Source of the DNA: Bacteroidetes bacterium GWF2_43_63
GTDB taxonomy: Bacteria; Bacteroidota; Bacteroidia; Bacteroidales; DTU049
Length of the DNA: 64,000 nucleotides
Assembly (NCBI GenBank): GCA_001769275.1
Contig: MEOQ01000029.1
Coordinates: 19,219-83,218 of the forward strand
Direction: 5' to 3'
Shown: in pieces, positions 17,101 through 25,500 of the stretch
How the letters are laid out: every line of letters begins with the position of its first letter
Position numbering within the stretch: the first letter of the stretch is position 1
Position numbers and translations under genes: made by a program
Notes under the pieces: generated by a model
What the model was told of the DNA's origin: nothing
Seen by the model: only the letters and a program-made list of their open reading frames with translations
Databases searched by the model: none

Positions 17101-18821
17101 TACTTTCCCACGGAACCTATGTCGTTACTGTCACTGACAATAACGGGTGCAGCATGAATAGTTCTTTTTCAATTGTAAACTTAACCGGATCTGGCATTTT
17201 AGCAAGTGCCGTTGTTGAAAACACAATATGCATTTCAACTACAGGTTCAATTGACCTTTCTGTAACCGGGGGATTGCAGCCATTAACTTTTCTCTGGAAC
17301 AATGGCTCAACAAGTCAGGATATTTTTTCAGTAGATGACGGATCTTATTCAGTGATAATTTCCGATGCTGCTGGTTGCAGTGATACAAACACATATGTGG
17401 TTGATCAGGATTTTAATGAAAACCTCGAATTCTACTATGTCTGGACTGAGAACGATAATTGCTGGCAGAGCCAGGGTTATGTTTACTGGGACGGTTTGGG
17501 CGCTTCTTTTTTCACCTATCTCATCAATGATGTGCCCAATGCAAACGGATATGCACCTTCTCTTACAACTGGCTGGTACGAAGCTTCAATTGTGGATGAA
17601 TTTGGTTGCCGGCTCGACAGTACTGTTTATGTTGACAATCTCGCGACTTTTAATATTTCCGGAATTGCCAGCGATGAGCTCTGCGGCGGAAATGACGGAG
17701 CCATTGACCTGAGTGTTGATGGTGCAGGTCCCTATTCCTATTGGTGGAGCAATGGTGCAATTACAGAAGACCTGAATGGACTTTCAGCAGGAACGTATTC
17801 AGTGACAGTTACCGATGGTAGCTGCTCGGATGACTATGCTGTCACAATCGGAAATGAATTTGATTTTGCAACCAGTATCTCTGTAATTAATGAAAGTTGT
17901 GGCGATGGCACTGGCAGTATTGATCTTTCAGTTAATCCATACGTCACCAGTACATACAGCTATTTATGGAGCAACGGAGCCACAACACAGGATCTGAACG
18001 GAATCAGCGCCGGAGTTTATTACTGCACTGTAACCCGCGTTTCAAGCGGCTGTTCAAGAATAGTGAGTGATACTGTTTTTTCTGTTTCAAGCGGACTTGA
18101 AATTGCTGCTTTGATCGAATCTGATTCATGTTCGCTAGGAATCGGCAGTTGTCAGATATTGCTGACAGGTGGATCGGGCATGTATGATTATTACTGGGGC
18201 CATGGCCCGGTATTGCTTTCATTGAATAATCTTGTGGCGGGTGATTATACATTCACCGCAATCGATATGAATGATGACTGTTCCACAACGGAATTCATTG
18301 AAATTCCTGACATCAGAACATTTCATGCTTCGGCAATTTTGGCTGATGCCAGCTGTTCAACATGCAACGATGGAATGATTGATTTGACAGTGACTGGCGT
18401 TCCGGGATATACAAATGCATTCACGTATTCGTGGAGCCATGGTCCGACCGTGCAGGACGGCGTTTCACTCACCCCTGGTATTTACACTGTTACAATTTCA
18501 TCGTCAACTGGATGTGACACAACAATGACTTTTGAAGTCAAGTTTCCCGATATTGTTTCCATAGATGAAGCAAACTTGAATATTCTGCAGATAAGTCCCA
18601 ATCCGGCTGACGGAGAATGTGTCATTTCGTGGAATATCATCAACGGCGAAAAAGGAGTAATACAAATCACTGACATGAACGGCAGAAAACTTCGCCGATG
18701 GAAAGTTTCAGGTGAAGCAAGCACGATTTTCGAAACCGCTCTGCTGGCTCCCGGACAATATGTTGTTGTTTTGAATACGGATAGCAACGTAACACGAAAG
18801 AAGCTTGTTGTTGCGAGATGA
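11181..18821 (+). CDS. giant T9SS-secreted adhesin: choice-of-anchor-L-like domain, Calx-beta-like, P-domain-like, about 24 SprB-type repeats, T9SS C-terminal domain
   Basis: ATG 11181 gives the signal peptide MKKFFLFLSVSFTIYALQGQ.
- N-terminal region: SEEYPEY...NDVFAFFISGPG.
- Calx-beta-like: INFQIAGTATNGVDYS.
- P-domain-like: LNMEHSYLGDLLITMQAPGG.
- Repeats: C..(S/N)NG.I......GG..PY.Y.WSNG..T.DL..L.AG.Y.VTVTD..GC.
- C-terminus: LQISPNPADGECVISW...GQYVVVLNTD. Confidence 0.9.
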   Translation: MKKFFLFLSVSFTIYALQGQIVVNTTPTAQQLAELLAGSNLVVSNASLTGAASAHGSFSNGGSQVGMTSGVLLSTGNVTTAPGPNTVGNTSNELGTAGTTQMTALAGATTYDAITLEFDFNVQSDFIQFNYIFASEEYPEYAPPVSSSYNDVFAFFISGPGITGEENIALIPNTSTAVAINNINAITNTQYYVDNAGGTDVSFDAFTTMLTARRDGLTPCSTYHLKLVIADAGDRKYNSAVLLQENSLVQGVVEVNTETINADSIALEGCIEASFSFSLDQVSATDKTINFQIAGTATNGVDYSPIASSLTIPAGQTQASVFIHAISDGIPEGQESILIIYKPEVCSDWDTAYLFIDDAQPIIYSLAGTNLDCYGDHSGEILINSSGGFPPYTYHLTNPFGQINQYTANPVTGLEAGQYKVYVYDSYGCKAEALVIGGLFNAGTTFLPDGSGVTYSSTLNITGFNTGATLTSLSMLQNICLNMEHSYLGDLLITMQAPGGQSVQLSSGGGGSCDLGEPIATGPIDGSASSYLTDPGIGYDYCFNVSPMYGTMVSESNNFTRNYTDAQGHNYTDNYLPAGSYTPEQSLSNLIGTPLNGTWTVFVTDQMGLDNGYIFNWTISFVSDLPDTIVILSQPDSIGISSFITNATCGAANGSINISANGDFSPYTYLWNTGAITEDLSAVTAGAYSVTVTDTHNCHDSAFFAVSNTSSLSLTSVVSPVLCTGGNNGSINISVFGGIPTYSYNWSNGATSEDVVNLAAGSYSVTITDAIGCQIIRLFQVTTMPPVQITLINQQSEMCSLGNGLINISASGGSGSYGYLWNNGSNGSSISALHTGTYSVTVTDAYGCSATNSWFIPNDVSNCAAYCYLTVTENSVIDDQCGQSVGSIDVSINDAVQPYLVQWSNGASTEDLSGLTQGNYSITVTDANQCVASIAVNVGNNTGSLAASVNTIQNETCGSSNGSVDISVSGGALPYSFVWSNGTLTEDLSGISAGNYSLTITDANLCQVVKTYNVLNDVGTLQVTAALTHESCGAVNGAINQTVTGGFGTSTYTWSNSSAMQDITGLSAGTYSCTITDAGGCSMQRVYNIINLAGPLAITNTTVTNEQCGNSQGAINLTVSGTGLTYLWNTNATTEDLSGLQAGTYICTITNSSGCTLVSNSIHVFDAPGTIEVSTQTIVHEVCGNGNGSINVNVSGGTGPMTYLWSNGSTSQDIYLLHASNYTITATDSIGCAFVYSESVDNIQGTIALQSVVITDETCGNTNGAINISISGGTTPYAYLWSNNATSQDLSGISAGTYSVTVHDVNGCELLYQETVSNIANSMTAVWQVTNEICTNASGAVDLTVSGGTVPYTFLWSNSSTTEDLSALAAGNYSCTVTDNAGCKIHTGPIAVNNFSAGMTATSVVTDETCNQSNGAIDITVSGGVSPFIYIWSNAAATQDLSGLSGGTYSFTVTDINGCSVSGNAIVDSTSGNMALSAVITDETCNSNTGAVNLSVNGGVSPYSFLWSNAQSSEDLSGLTAGQYTCTVTDNTGCMLVSQPFTVADNPGTLGITGIAVTNEICNHNNGRINLTVVGGTTPYTFNWSNGIHTEDLNNLTAGLYSVTVIDASGCSAVSQAVVYDDNGSFGITASAITDEHCNDQTGAIDISVSGGTIPYTYLWSNSASTQDISAISEGNYQVYVTDASGCSDNQNFIVLNQGSDLALTNAIITQTICNASNGRIDISFSGGIAPYMFNWSNGSHLQNLSNVNAGNYSVTITDAFGCMTTGTWTVGNQPGTLVSASISADEYCGNSSGSIMVSTSGGATPYNFEWNNGSTVEDLSSLHAGNYSLTVTDYFGCEIILFDTVVNITSGISIVQDSLFNESCGQSDGAVYVTIQGGAAPYSILWNTGAITDDIAGLSAGNYSLTVTDATSCSQLMNVQIINNAGGMVLSYSNTQDEFCGHSDGFIDIEVTGGFAPYSYDWSNGDTTQDIILLSHGTYVVTVTDNNGCSMNSSFSIVNLTGSGILASAVVENTICISTTGSIDLSVTGGLQPLTFLWNNGSTSQDIFSVDDGSYSVIISDAAGCSDTNTYVVDQDFNENLEFYYVWTENDNCWQSQGYVYWDGLGASFFTYLINDVPNANGYAPSLTTGWYEASIVDEFGCRLDSTVYVDNLATFNISGIASDELCGGNDGAIDLSVDGAGPYSYWWSNGAITEDLNGLSAGTYSVTVTDGSCSDDYAVTIGNEFDFATSISVINESCGDGTGSIDLSVNPYVTSTYSYLWSNGATTQDLNGISAGVYYCTVTRVSSGCSRIVSDTVFSVSSGLEIAALIESDSCSLGIGSCQILLTGGSGMYDYYWGHGPVLLSLNNLVAGDYTFTAIDMNDDCSTTEFIEIPDIRTFHASAILADASCSTCNDGMIDLTVTGVPGYTNAFTYSWSHGPTVQDGVSLTPGIYTVTISSSTGCDTTMTFEVKFPDIVSIDEANLNILQISPNPADGECVISWNIINGEKGVIQITDMNGRKLRRWKVSGEASTIFETALLAPGQYVVVLNTDSNVTRKKLVVAR
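13100..18540 (+). repeat. array of about 24 diverged SprB-type repeats (~77 aa / ~231 nt each) inside the adhesin gene
   Basis: Counted from recurring Y.W(S/N)NG..T(E/Q)DL and VTVTD..GC motifs in the translation. One further repeat lies upstream of the P-domain (~12290-12500). Confidence 0.85.
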
Positions 18822-18823
18822 AC

Positions 18824-18857
18824 CAGTAGTCAGTAGCCAATAGTCAGTAGTCAGTTG
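18824..18857. repeat. short tandem (c)agtagt/cagt repeat just after the adhesin stop
   Basis: cagtagtcagtagccaatagtcagtagtcagttg, followed by the hairpin cagttg-gattatcctca-caactg. Confidence 0.75.
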
Positions 18858-18897
18858 GATTATCCTCACAACTGACTGCTATAAATTTATTCAACTG

Positions 18898-18963
18898 TGG
18901 GCGCGCGTCTCCTTCTTGCAGCCACGTGGAACGAGGCAAGTTGTTTTCTGTTGACGTGTGACC
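18898..18963 (+). repeat. REP-like family C copy (tgggcgcgcgtctcc ... gttgacgYgtgacc)
   Basis: Shares both termini with 44027-44073. The interior is longer and diverged. Confidence 0.7.
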
Positions 18964-18990
18964 AGAAGCAACTGGATTTTTCTCGTTGAT

Positions 18991-19698
18991 TCAGAATGAA
19001 TACACAACCCCAACTCCACCACTCGCCGAATAATAGCGGTACCAGCTCTTCTCAGGGAAACTTAGTTTAACAAGGTGTTGCAGAAAAGTTGTGTAATTCA
19101 GGTCTGCACGCAGACTCCAGCTGTCAGCAAGTTTGTATTGCGCAAATAATCCGGCGCCGGCTGTCATTATGAAGGGGCGGTCACCGATGTCAATCACCTG
19201 ATCTGAATGGTGGTCTTCGTATACTGCCTGAAAGTCAAAATCACACAAATGGCGCGTTGTAAAAATATGCGATATCCCAAACTGAATGGAAGGTCCGAAG
19301 CTGAATTTATCGTGGCTGATGACACTGTACTGCACCTGTGCAGAAGCATTCAGAAACCGGTAGCGGTAATCATCATTTACGGTGAGACCAACATATTCAT
19401 AATCTGTATTTATGTACATTGAATCACACCTGTTGGATGATTTTTCCTGAAGCCGGTTCATCGAAAGGGTTGCGCCGACCGAGAATCGTCCGAAATTATG
19501 CGAATATCCGAAAGCAGCATTGTAAAAGAAGCCGTTTTCCTGCTCCTGAACAATGGCATTGTAAATGTCAATCAGCGGTCCTCCCTTATCAATCAGCTGA
19601 AAACCCGATGTACCGCCATTGAACTGCAGGTTGAGGTTATTGTTCTGGGCAGATCCAATAATAGAAAACAGAATAAACGCAAAACAAATACTTTTCAT
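18991..19698 (-). CDS. outer-membrane beta-barrel protein (porin-family-like)
   Basis: 235 aa. Signal peptide MKSICFAFILFSIIGSAQ, alternating amphipathic strands and a C-terminal ...GVGVVYSF ending in Phe. Confidence 0.7.
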   Translation of the reverse strand: MKSICFAFILFSIIGSAQNNNLNLQFNGGTSGFQLIDKGGPLIDIYNAIVQEQENGFFYNAAFGYSHNFGRFSVGATLSMNRLQEKSSNRCDSMYINTDYEYVGLTVNDDYRYRFLNASAQVQYSVISHDKFSFGPSIQFGISHIFTTRHLCDFDFQAVYEDHHSDQVIDIGDRPFIMTAGAGLFAQYKLADSWSLRADLNYTTFLQHLVKLSFPEKSWYRYYSASGGVGVVYSF

Positions 19699-19756
19699 TT
19701 TTTTCTGATTTATTGTAACATATTTTGTGCGTCTCTCTACATTATTGAGAAAACTG

Positions 19757-21157
19757 TTATTCCATCACCAGCTTCGCAACCCGCATTCCATCTGCCGTTT
19801 TCAGTTGCAGAAAATAAATTCCAGCATCAAGACTACCGATACAAATGTCTCCACTTGTGAATCCCGATTGCATCAACTGTCCGGTTGATGAAAAAATGGA
19901 GTACTGAAGATTGGCTCCCGAAGCGATGTTGAGATAGATGATGTCGTTTGCCGGATTTGGATAAAAAACAATCTCTGAACTGTTTTCGTGTCCCGCTATA
20001 TCGGTGCTGACAGGAATAATGTTGAGTACGATTCCTTCAAGCACGCCCATGGAGTAGGGGAACGACGGATCGGGAACGAGCCACCAGCCATCGGTTGAGC
20101 CACCCCACCCGAAATTGATATGAAAATAGCCATCGGCGCGGTAACCGTCAACGACCACGTTGTGTCCGGTACTCCAGGCAGCGTCGACCACCGCCAGGTG
20201 AGCCGGCCAGCCGTTTTTCATATTGCTGATGAGTGTTTCATACATGACTGAATCGGTGTTTGTGTGCAGTTCACAACTCACAAAACCGAAACGCTGAAAA
20301 GCTGCGTATGCCTGACTTACACTGAAAGTGCCGGAGCCCGCTGATGTGTACACCTGTGTACAAGCTGTGCCGCAGGCGAAAACGATAGCCGCTGCTGTTG
20401 ATGAAGTTGCGTCGAGACCCGATTGAAACAATATGTCCACCGAATCAAGCCAATCGTTTAGTACCGGAAATGTTGGAAATCCAAGCGAGTCAGCATCATC
20501 GTCGATGTAATAATTGCGGCCTGCATAGTTGTGATGATAATCGTCTCCATCATCAAAGCGTGTGTTCTGCGTTGTTTTCAGATAGTTGACGATTTGCCCC
20601 ATGGCAATGGCCGGACATCCGGCATAGCTGCGGCTTCCGGAGACAGGATCCATCGGACACATTTGATTGTATGGCGCACTCTGTGTCCAGTGAGTTTCAA
20701 CCCAACCGCCGGTAGTAGTTGTTCCCGAGTCAGGCCAGTACTGGAGTTTGGGCGATTGTAGGATTTGATTACTCAGCAATTCCCATTGATTGTGAATATC
20801 TGTTTTTTGCGAACTATTCAGCAAAGTTGCTTTTGCAATTCTGTTTGAAATGTCTTTGTCGAGAATTTGTGCAAACGGCATTGATACATCGAACTGAGAA
20901 GTTGATGACCACGCAATCACCGGCGACACATGTTCATTGGCAGCAACAATTATATAATGATGAGGCGCTGCATTGACGACATAATAAAGTGTGTCTCCGG
21001 AAAAATTTGTACGCGGAGTGACTGATTGCACTGAGCATGTAAGATTGTTCTGTTGAAGAAATTCAATAGCAACTAATTGTGCTTTTTGCATCGAAATGTG
21101 TTGAGCAAAGCCGGTAAGCGACCAGACACAAAAGAAAAATAAAAGCCCCCTTTTCAT
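19757..21157 (-). CDS. C10-family (SpeB/streptopain-like) cysteine peptidase with T9SS C-terminal domain
   Basis: ATG 21157 gives the signal peptide MKRGLLFFFCVWSLTGFAQ (the track start 21175 is TTG). Catalytic Cys context YAGCPAIAMGQIVNY, His context GHNVVVDGY, and HINFGWGGSTDGWW. C-terminus VFYPNPANDIIYLNI...GIYFLQLKT. Confidence 0.9.
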   Translation of the reverse strand: MKRGLLFFFCVWSLTGFAQHISMQKAQLVAIEFLQQNNLTCSVQSVTPRTNFSGDTLYYVVNAAPHHYIIVAANEHVSPVIAWSSTSQFDVSMPFAQILDKDISNRIAKATLLNSSQKTDIHNQWELLSNQILQSPKLQYWPDSGTTTTGGWVETHWTQSAPYNQMCPMDPVSGSRSYAGCPAIAMGQIVNYLKTTQNTRFDDGDDYHHNYAGRNYYIDDDADSLGFPTFPVLNDWLDSVDILFQSGLDATSSTAAAIVFACGTACTQVYTSAGSGTFSVSQAYAAFQRFGFVSCELHTNTDSVMYETLISNMKNGWPAHLAVVDAAWSTGHNVVVDGYRADGYFHINFGWGGSTDGWWLVPDPSFPYSMGVLEGIVLNIIPVSTDIAGHENSSEIVFYPNPANDIIYLNIASGANLQYSIFSSTGQLMQSGFTSGDICIGSLDAGIYFLQLKTADGMRVAKLVME

Positions 21158-21418
21158 ATTCTTTTTTGAGTGCAATGTAGAAATATTTCATTTATTGAGG
21201 GACAGTGTGTTAAAACTTTATACGAATTGGGAAAATGAATATATAAAACCAGTGATGAAACCTCACTGACGCGATGGACTTCTTCTATTGAACTTCAAAT
21301 TACTTCGCAAAATCAATCGAAGGCTGCTGTCGCACTTCGATACAACGGAGCAATCAATTATATCATGACTTCTCTTCGTTACTCAGTGTGACAGCAGCCT
21401 TAGCCCCGCTGTTCGTGC

Positions 21419-21489
21419 TTCGACTCCGCTCAGCATGACAGCGGCGGGGCTCTGCGTGAAAGCAGCATTAACCCCGCTGTCATCCTGAG
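21419..21489. repeat. REP-like family A copy plus long hairpin
   Basis: gctcagcatgacagcgg (21428-21444) pairs with ccgctgtcatcctgag (21474-21489) with one mismatch. A related half-site actcagtgtgacagcagcc lies at ~21381. Confidence 0.8.
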
Positions 21490-21540
21490 TTTTTCGAAGC
21501 GAAGCGTAGAAAAGTATCGAAGGAGACAGCGAGTAACACT

Positions 21541-22452
21541 CTATTTTTCGCTCGTCATTTCCCGGTCGCAAATTTTGCGGATGAAAGCTATAATATTGTC
21601 AGATTCGCTTTCCCAGTAAGTATAATCATGACCATAGCCTTTTGGGAAATGCGACACCGGCTCAACTTTACCTATCTTCAGTAATGTTTTATTCAACGTA
21701 TCGGACTGATTCCAGGTAACAACGCGGTCTTGCTGTGCATGCCCGATATAGATGGGCAGGGTCCATTTATCAGCATTGCGTAAAAGATTATCATCACCTT
21801 CCCAGCGCTCCGGATACTCTTCGTAGCTGCCATAGAAATAAGTCATAAGATTGTCATCGGTCATCATGGTCTGATCATAATCGCCTGAAAGGACAACAGC
21901 ACCATCAAACACCTCCGGCATATCAATGCCTAATGCAAAAGCACCGCGCGCACCGGTTGACAGACCAACAATAAAATTGTTCGCTTCATTTGTAAACAAT
22001 TTGAATGAGTCGCGTAAATACACTATTACTGTGTCTGTAAGCCAGGAGCGGAGCGGTTGTTCGGCCATGGTTGGCAGCGTCTCATCGAAAGTTTGTGATG
22101 CATACATGCTTTTACCCATGTCTGGTATGATGATATTGAAACCAGCATCGCGCAGTTTATTGCAGAGTGTAGTCTGTTCGCACCATCCGAGTGGGTTGAG
22201 ATTCCAGCCATGAAGCAACAGAATATTGCCGCGGCTGAAAAAAGTATTGGCCGGAATCAGATATACTTTACGGTCGCTATCAACCCACGGAATATTCAAT
22301 GTAGTATCGGGCGGACGTTGCACCGAAGTCAGGACAGATCCTGCGTTTTTCAGCAATTTTGCTGAGTTGTCCGAAGTGCATGATGCCAGCAAGGCAATTA
22401 TTAACACGAAACTGTAAGAAATAATTCTTTGAAATTTTGATTTGATGCGCAT
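21541..22452 (-). CDS. alpha/beta-hydrolase lipoprotein (esterase-like)
   Basis: ATG 22452 gives the lipoprotein signal MRIKSKFQRIISYSFVLIIALLASC. Contains LLLHGW, nucleophile elbow GLSTG and HAQQD. The track ORF start (22560) would overlap dnaE. Confidence 0.8.
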   Translation of the reverse strand: MRIKSKFQRIISYSFVLIIALLASCTSDNSAKLLKNAGSVLTSVQRPPDTTLNIPWVDSDRKVYLIPANTFFSRGNILLLHGWNLNPLGWCEQTTLCNKLRDAGFNIIIPDMGKSMYASQTFDETLPTMAEQPLRSWLTDTVIVYLRDSFKLFTNEANNFIVGLSTGARGAFALGIDMPEVFDGAVVLSGDYDQTMMTDDNLMTYFYGSYEEYPERWEGDDNLLRNADKWTLPIYIGHAQQDRVVTWNQSDTLNKTLLKIGKVEPVSHFPKGYGHDYTYWESESDNIIAFIRKICDREMTSEK

Positions 22453-22542
22453 AGAAGAAAAGTTATCAACAACACTTTTTGAAGGAGTAAAAATATATAT
22501 TTTTATCGAAACGAAATTTTTAAAAGCAAAGGAAAGGAATTC

Positions 22543-25500
22543 ATGTCTCAGTTTGTTCATTTACACTTGCATACCATTTATTCAGTTCTCGATGGAGCAG
22601 CCAACATAAAAAAACTGTTGAAGCGAGCTGCAGCATTGAATATGAATTCTGTTGCCGTGACCGATCACGGACAAATGTTTGGGATTTTGGAGTTTGTCAC
22701 CGAAGCAAAGAAAGCAGGCATAAAACCCATTATCGGATGCGAGACCTATGTGGCCCGCAACAGCATGGATCAGACGACTGCAAAGGAAGACCGCAGCGGC
22801 CATCACCTTATTTTGCTCGCTAAAAACATGCAGGGTTACCGCAATCTGGTGAAACTTATTTCTCAGGCCAACCTGAAAGGGTTTTTCTATACACCCCGGA
22901 TCGACAAGGATTTACTTTCGAAATATCACGAAGGGCTGATTGCATGCTCTGCCTGTCTGGGCGGCGAAATTCCGCAGCTGATCATGAATCGCAGCGAGGA
23001 AGAAGCATTGAAATCGATAGAATGGTACAAAAGTCTTTTCGGTGACGATTATTATCTTGAAATGATGGATCATGGTCTGCCGGAACAGAAGCAGGTGAAT
23101 GAAGTTCTGGTGCGGCTTTCACAAAAATCGGGTGTAAAATTAATCGCCACAAACGATGTTCATTATGTAAATAAAGAAGATTTCGAGGCACACAAAATTC
23201 TTATCCGCATCAATACCAACAAGGATGATAATGATGATTTGTATTATACCGGAAATGAATATCTGAAATCTTATGACGAGATGCTCGCGCTTTTCGGCGA
23301 TCATCCGGAGGCATTGGCGAATACGGTTGAAATTTCTGACAAAGTTGAAGAGTTTAGTATCGAGCATGATGTGATGCTGCCAGCTTACCCAACGCCGAAG
23401 GAATTCAGCAGCGATTTTGAGTACATGGCGCATCTGGCGCTGGAAGGAGTGAAAGGCAGATACGCTGATTTCAACGACGAAATAAAAGACCGGCTTGATT
23501 TCGAATTGGCTACCATTGAAAAAATGGGCTTCGCAGGATATTTTCTTATTGTGCAGGACTATATCCGAAAAGCGCGCGAAATGGGCGTTTTGGTCGGTCC
23601 AGGCCGTGGAAGTGCTGCAGGTTCTATCGTTGCATATGGTCTTGGAATTACGAATATTGACCCCATAAAATACAATTTACTGTTTGAACGTTTTCTCAAT
23701 CCCGACCGAATATCAATGCCCGATATTGATGTCGACTTTGATGATTACGGGCGCGATTCGGTGATTGATTATGTGATTAATCAATATGGTGCCGACAAGG
23801 TGAGTCAGATCATCACATTCGGCAAACTCGGCGCTAAATCTTCGATTCGCGATGTTGCCCGTGTTATGGGTGTTGAACTTTCTTTGTCGAACCGAATAGC
23901 AAAACTCATCCCTGATGGCCCCAAAGTCACGCTTGACGATGCGATGCGAAACAAGGATTTTGAGGATCTGTATAATTCAAATCAGGATGTTAAAAAAGTA
24001 GTTGACATTGCCCGCACGCTGGATGGAAATGTGCGCAGCACCGGCGTGCATGCATGCGGTGTTATCATCGGCAGAGAGGATCTTTCGAATTATGTTCCGA
24101 TGGCTCGTGCCAAGGATTCAATCCTGCCATTGGTTCAGTATGATGGTTCACTGGTCGAGAAGGCCGGATTGCTGAAGATGGACTTCCTTGGACTGAAAAC
24201 ACTCTCAATCATCAAAGACGCACTGGAACTTATAGAGGCAAGGCATAAAAAAAAGATAGACATTGATAATATTTCACTTGAAGAAGAGAAAACATACAAG
24301 CTCTATCAGAAGGGAGAGACGATTGGCACCTTTCAGTTTGAATCAGAAGGTATGCGATCATGGCTTAAAAAGCTCAAACCAACGCACATTGAGGATTTGA
24401 TTGCCATGAATGCTTTGTTCCGCCCGGGGCCGATGGGATTTATACCGAATTTTATTGCCCGTAAACATGGAGCTGAAAAGGTTGAATATCCGCACAGCCT
24501 GGCTGAAACTGTGCTGCAGGACACTTATGGCATTATGATCTATCAGGAGCAAATCATGCTCCTTTCGCAGCGATTGGCCAACTTCACCAAAGGCAAAGCT
24601 GATGAACTTCGCAAAGCCATGGGTAAAAAGAAGATGGACCTTATTGACAAGCTTCGCAGCGAATTTATTGAAGGAGCCAAAGCCAATGGTATTGAAAAGG
24701 CGCTTGCCAACGACATTTACGACACCATGGCGAAGTTTGGTGAGTATGGCTTTAATAAATCCCACTCGGCTGCCTACACTGTACTGGCCTATCAGACCGC
24801 ATGGCTGAAAGCCAATTATCCTCCCGAATATATGGCTGCGGTGCTCGGACATAACCTGAACGATCTGAAAAAAGTCACATTCTACATCAACGAATGTCGC
24901 CGCATGGGAATTGCAGTGCTCGGTCCCGATGTGAACGAAAGCTTGCTGAAATTCTCTGTAAACAAGGAAAATCAGATTCGTTTCGGATTGGCTGCATTGA
25001 AAAACGTGGGTGAATCGGCCGCACAATCCATCATCGACGAAAGGAATACCAACGGAAACTATACTGAAATTAATGATTTTTTCAAGCGCAATAATTTTCG
25101 TAATGTAAACAAGCGTGCGCTTGAATCATTGGCTATGGCTGGAAGTTTCGACAATATGAATACGCACCGCGCTCAGTTTTTCCATACAGACCAGGATGGT
25201 GTTGTTTTTCTCGAAAAAATGACAAAGCATGCCTCGCAGATGCAGGAAAAACTTAATTCACAGCAGGCTTCGTTGTTTGGAGAAATGGAAGAAGCTACCT
25301 TCCCGGCTATGGAAATGCCTGAATGTTTACGTTGGAATCTCGATGACAAACTTGCAAAAGAACTTGATGTAGCGGGCTTTTATATCAGTGGACACCCGCT
25401 GGATGAATTCGTTGATGAAGTAACACATTTTAGCACACATCAAATTCAGGAAATTTCTGACGGGCTCGATGTGATGAAAGTTGGAACTGACCTTCTGTTT

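Noticed and set aside
24358-25026. 222-aa minus-strand ORF inside dnaE
   Set aside because: It lies entirely antisense to a well-supported conserved gene and has no family features. This is a typical shadow ORF.
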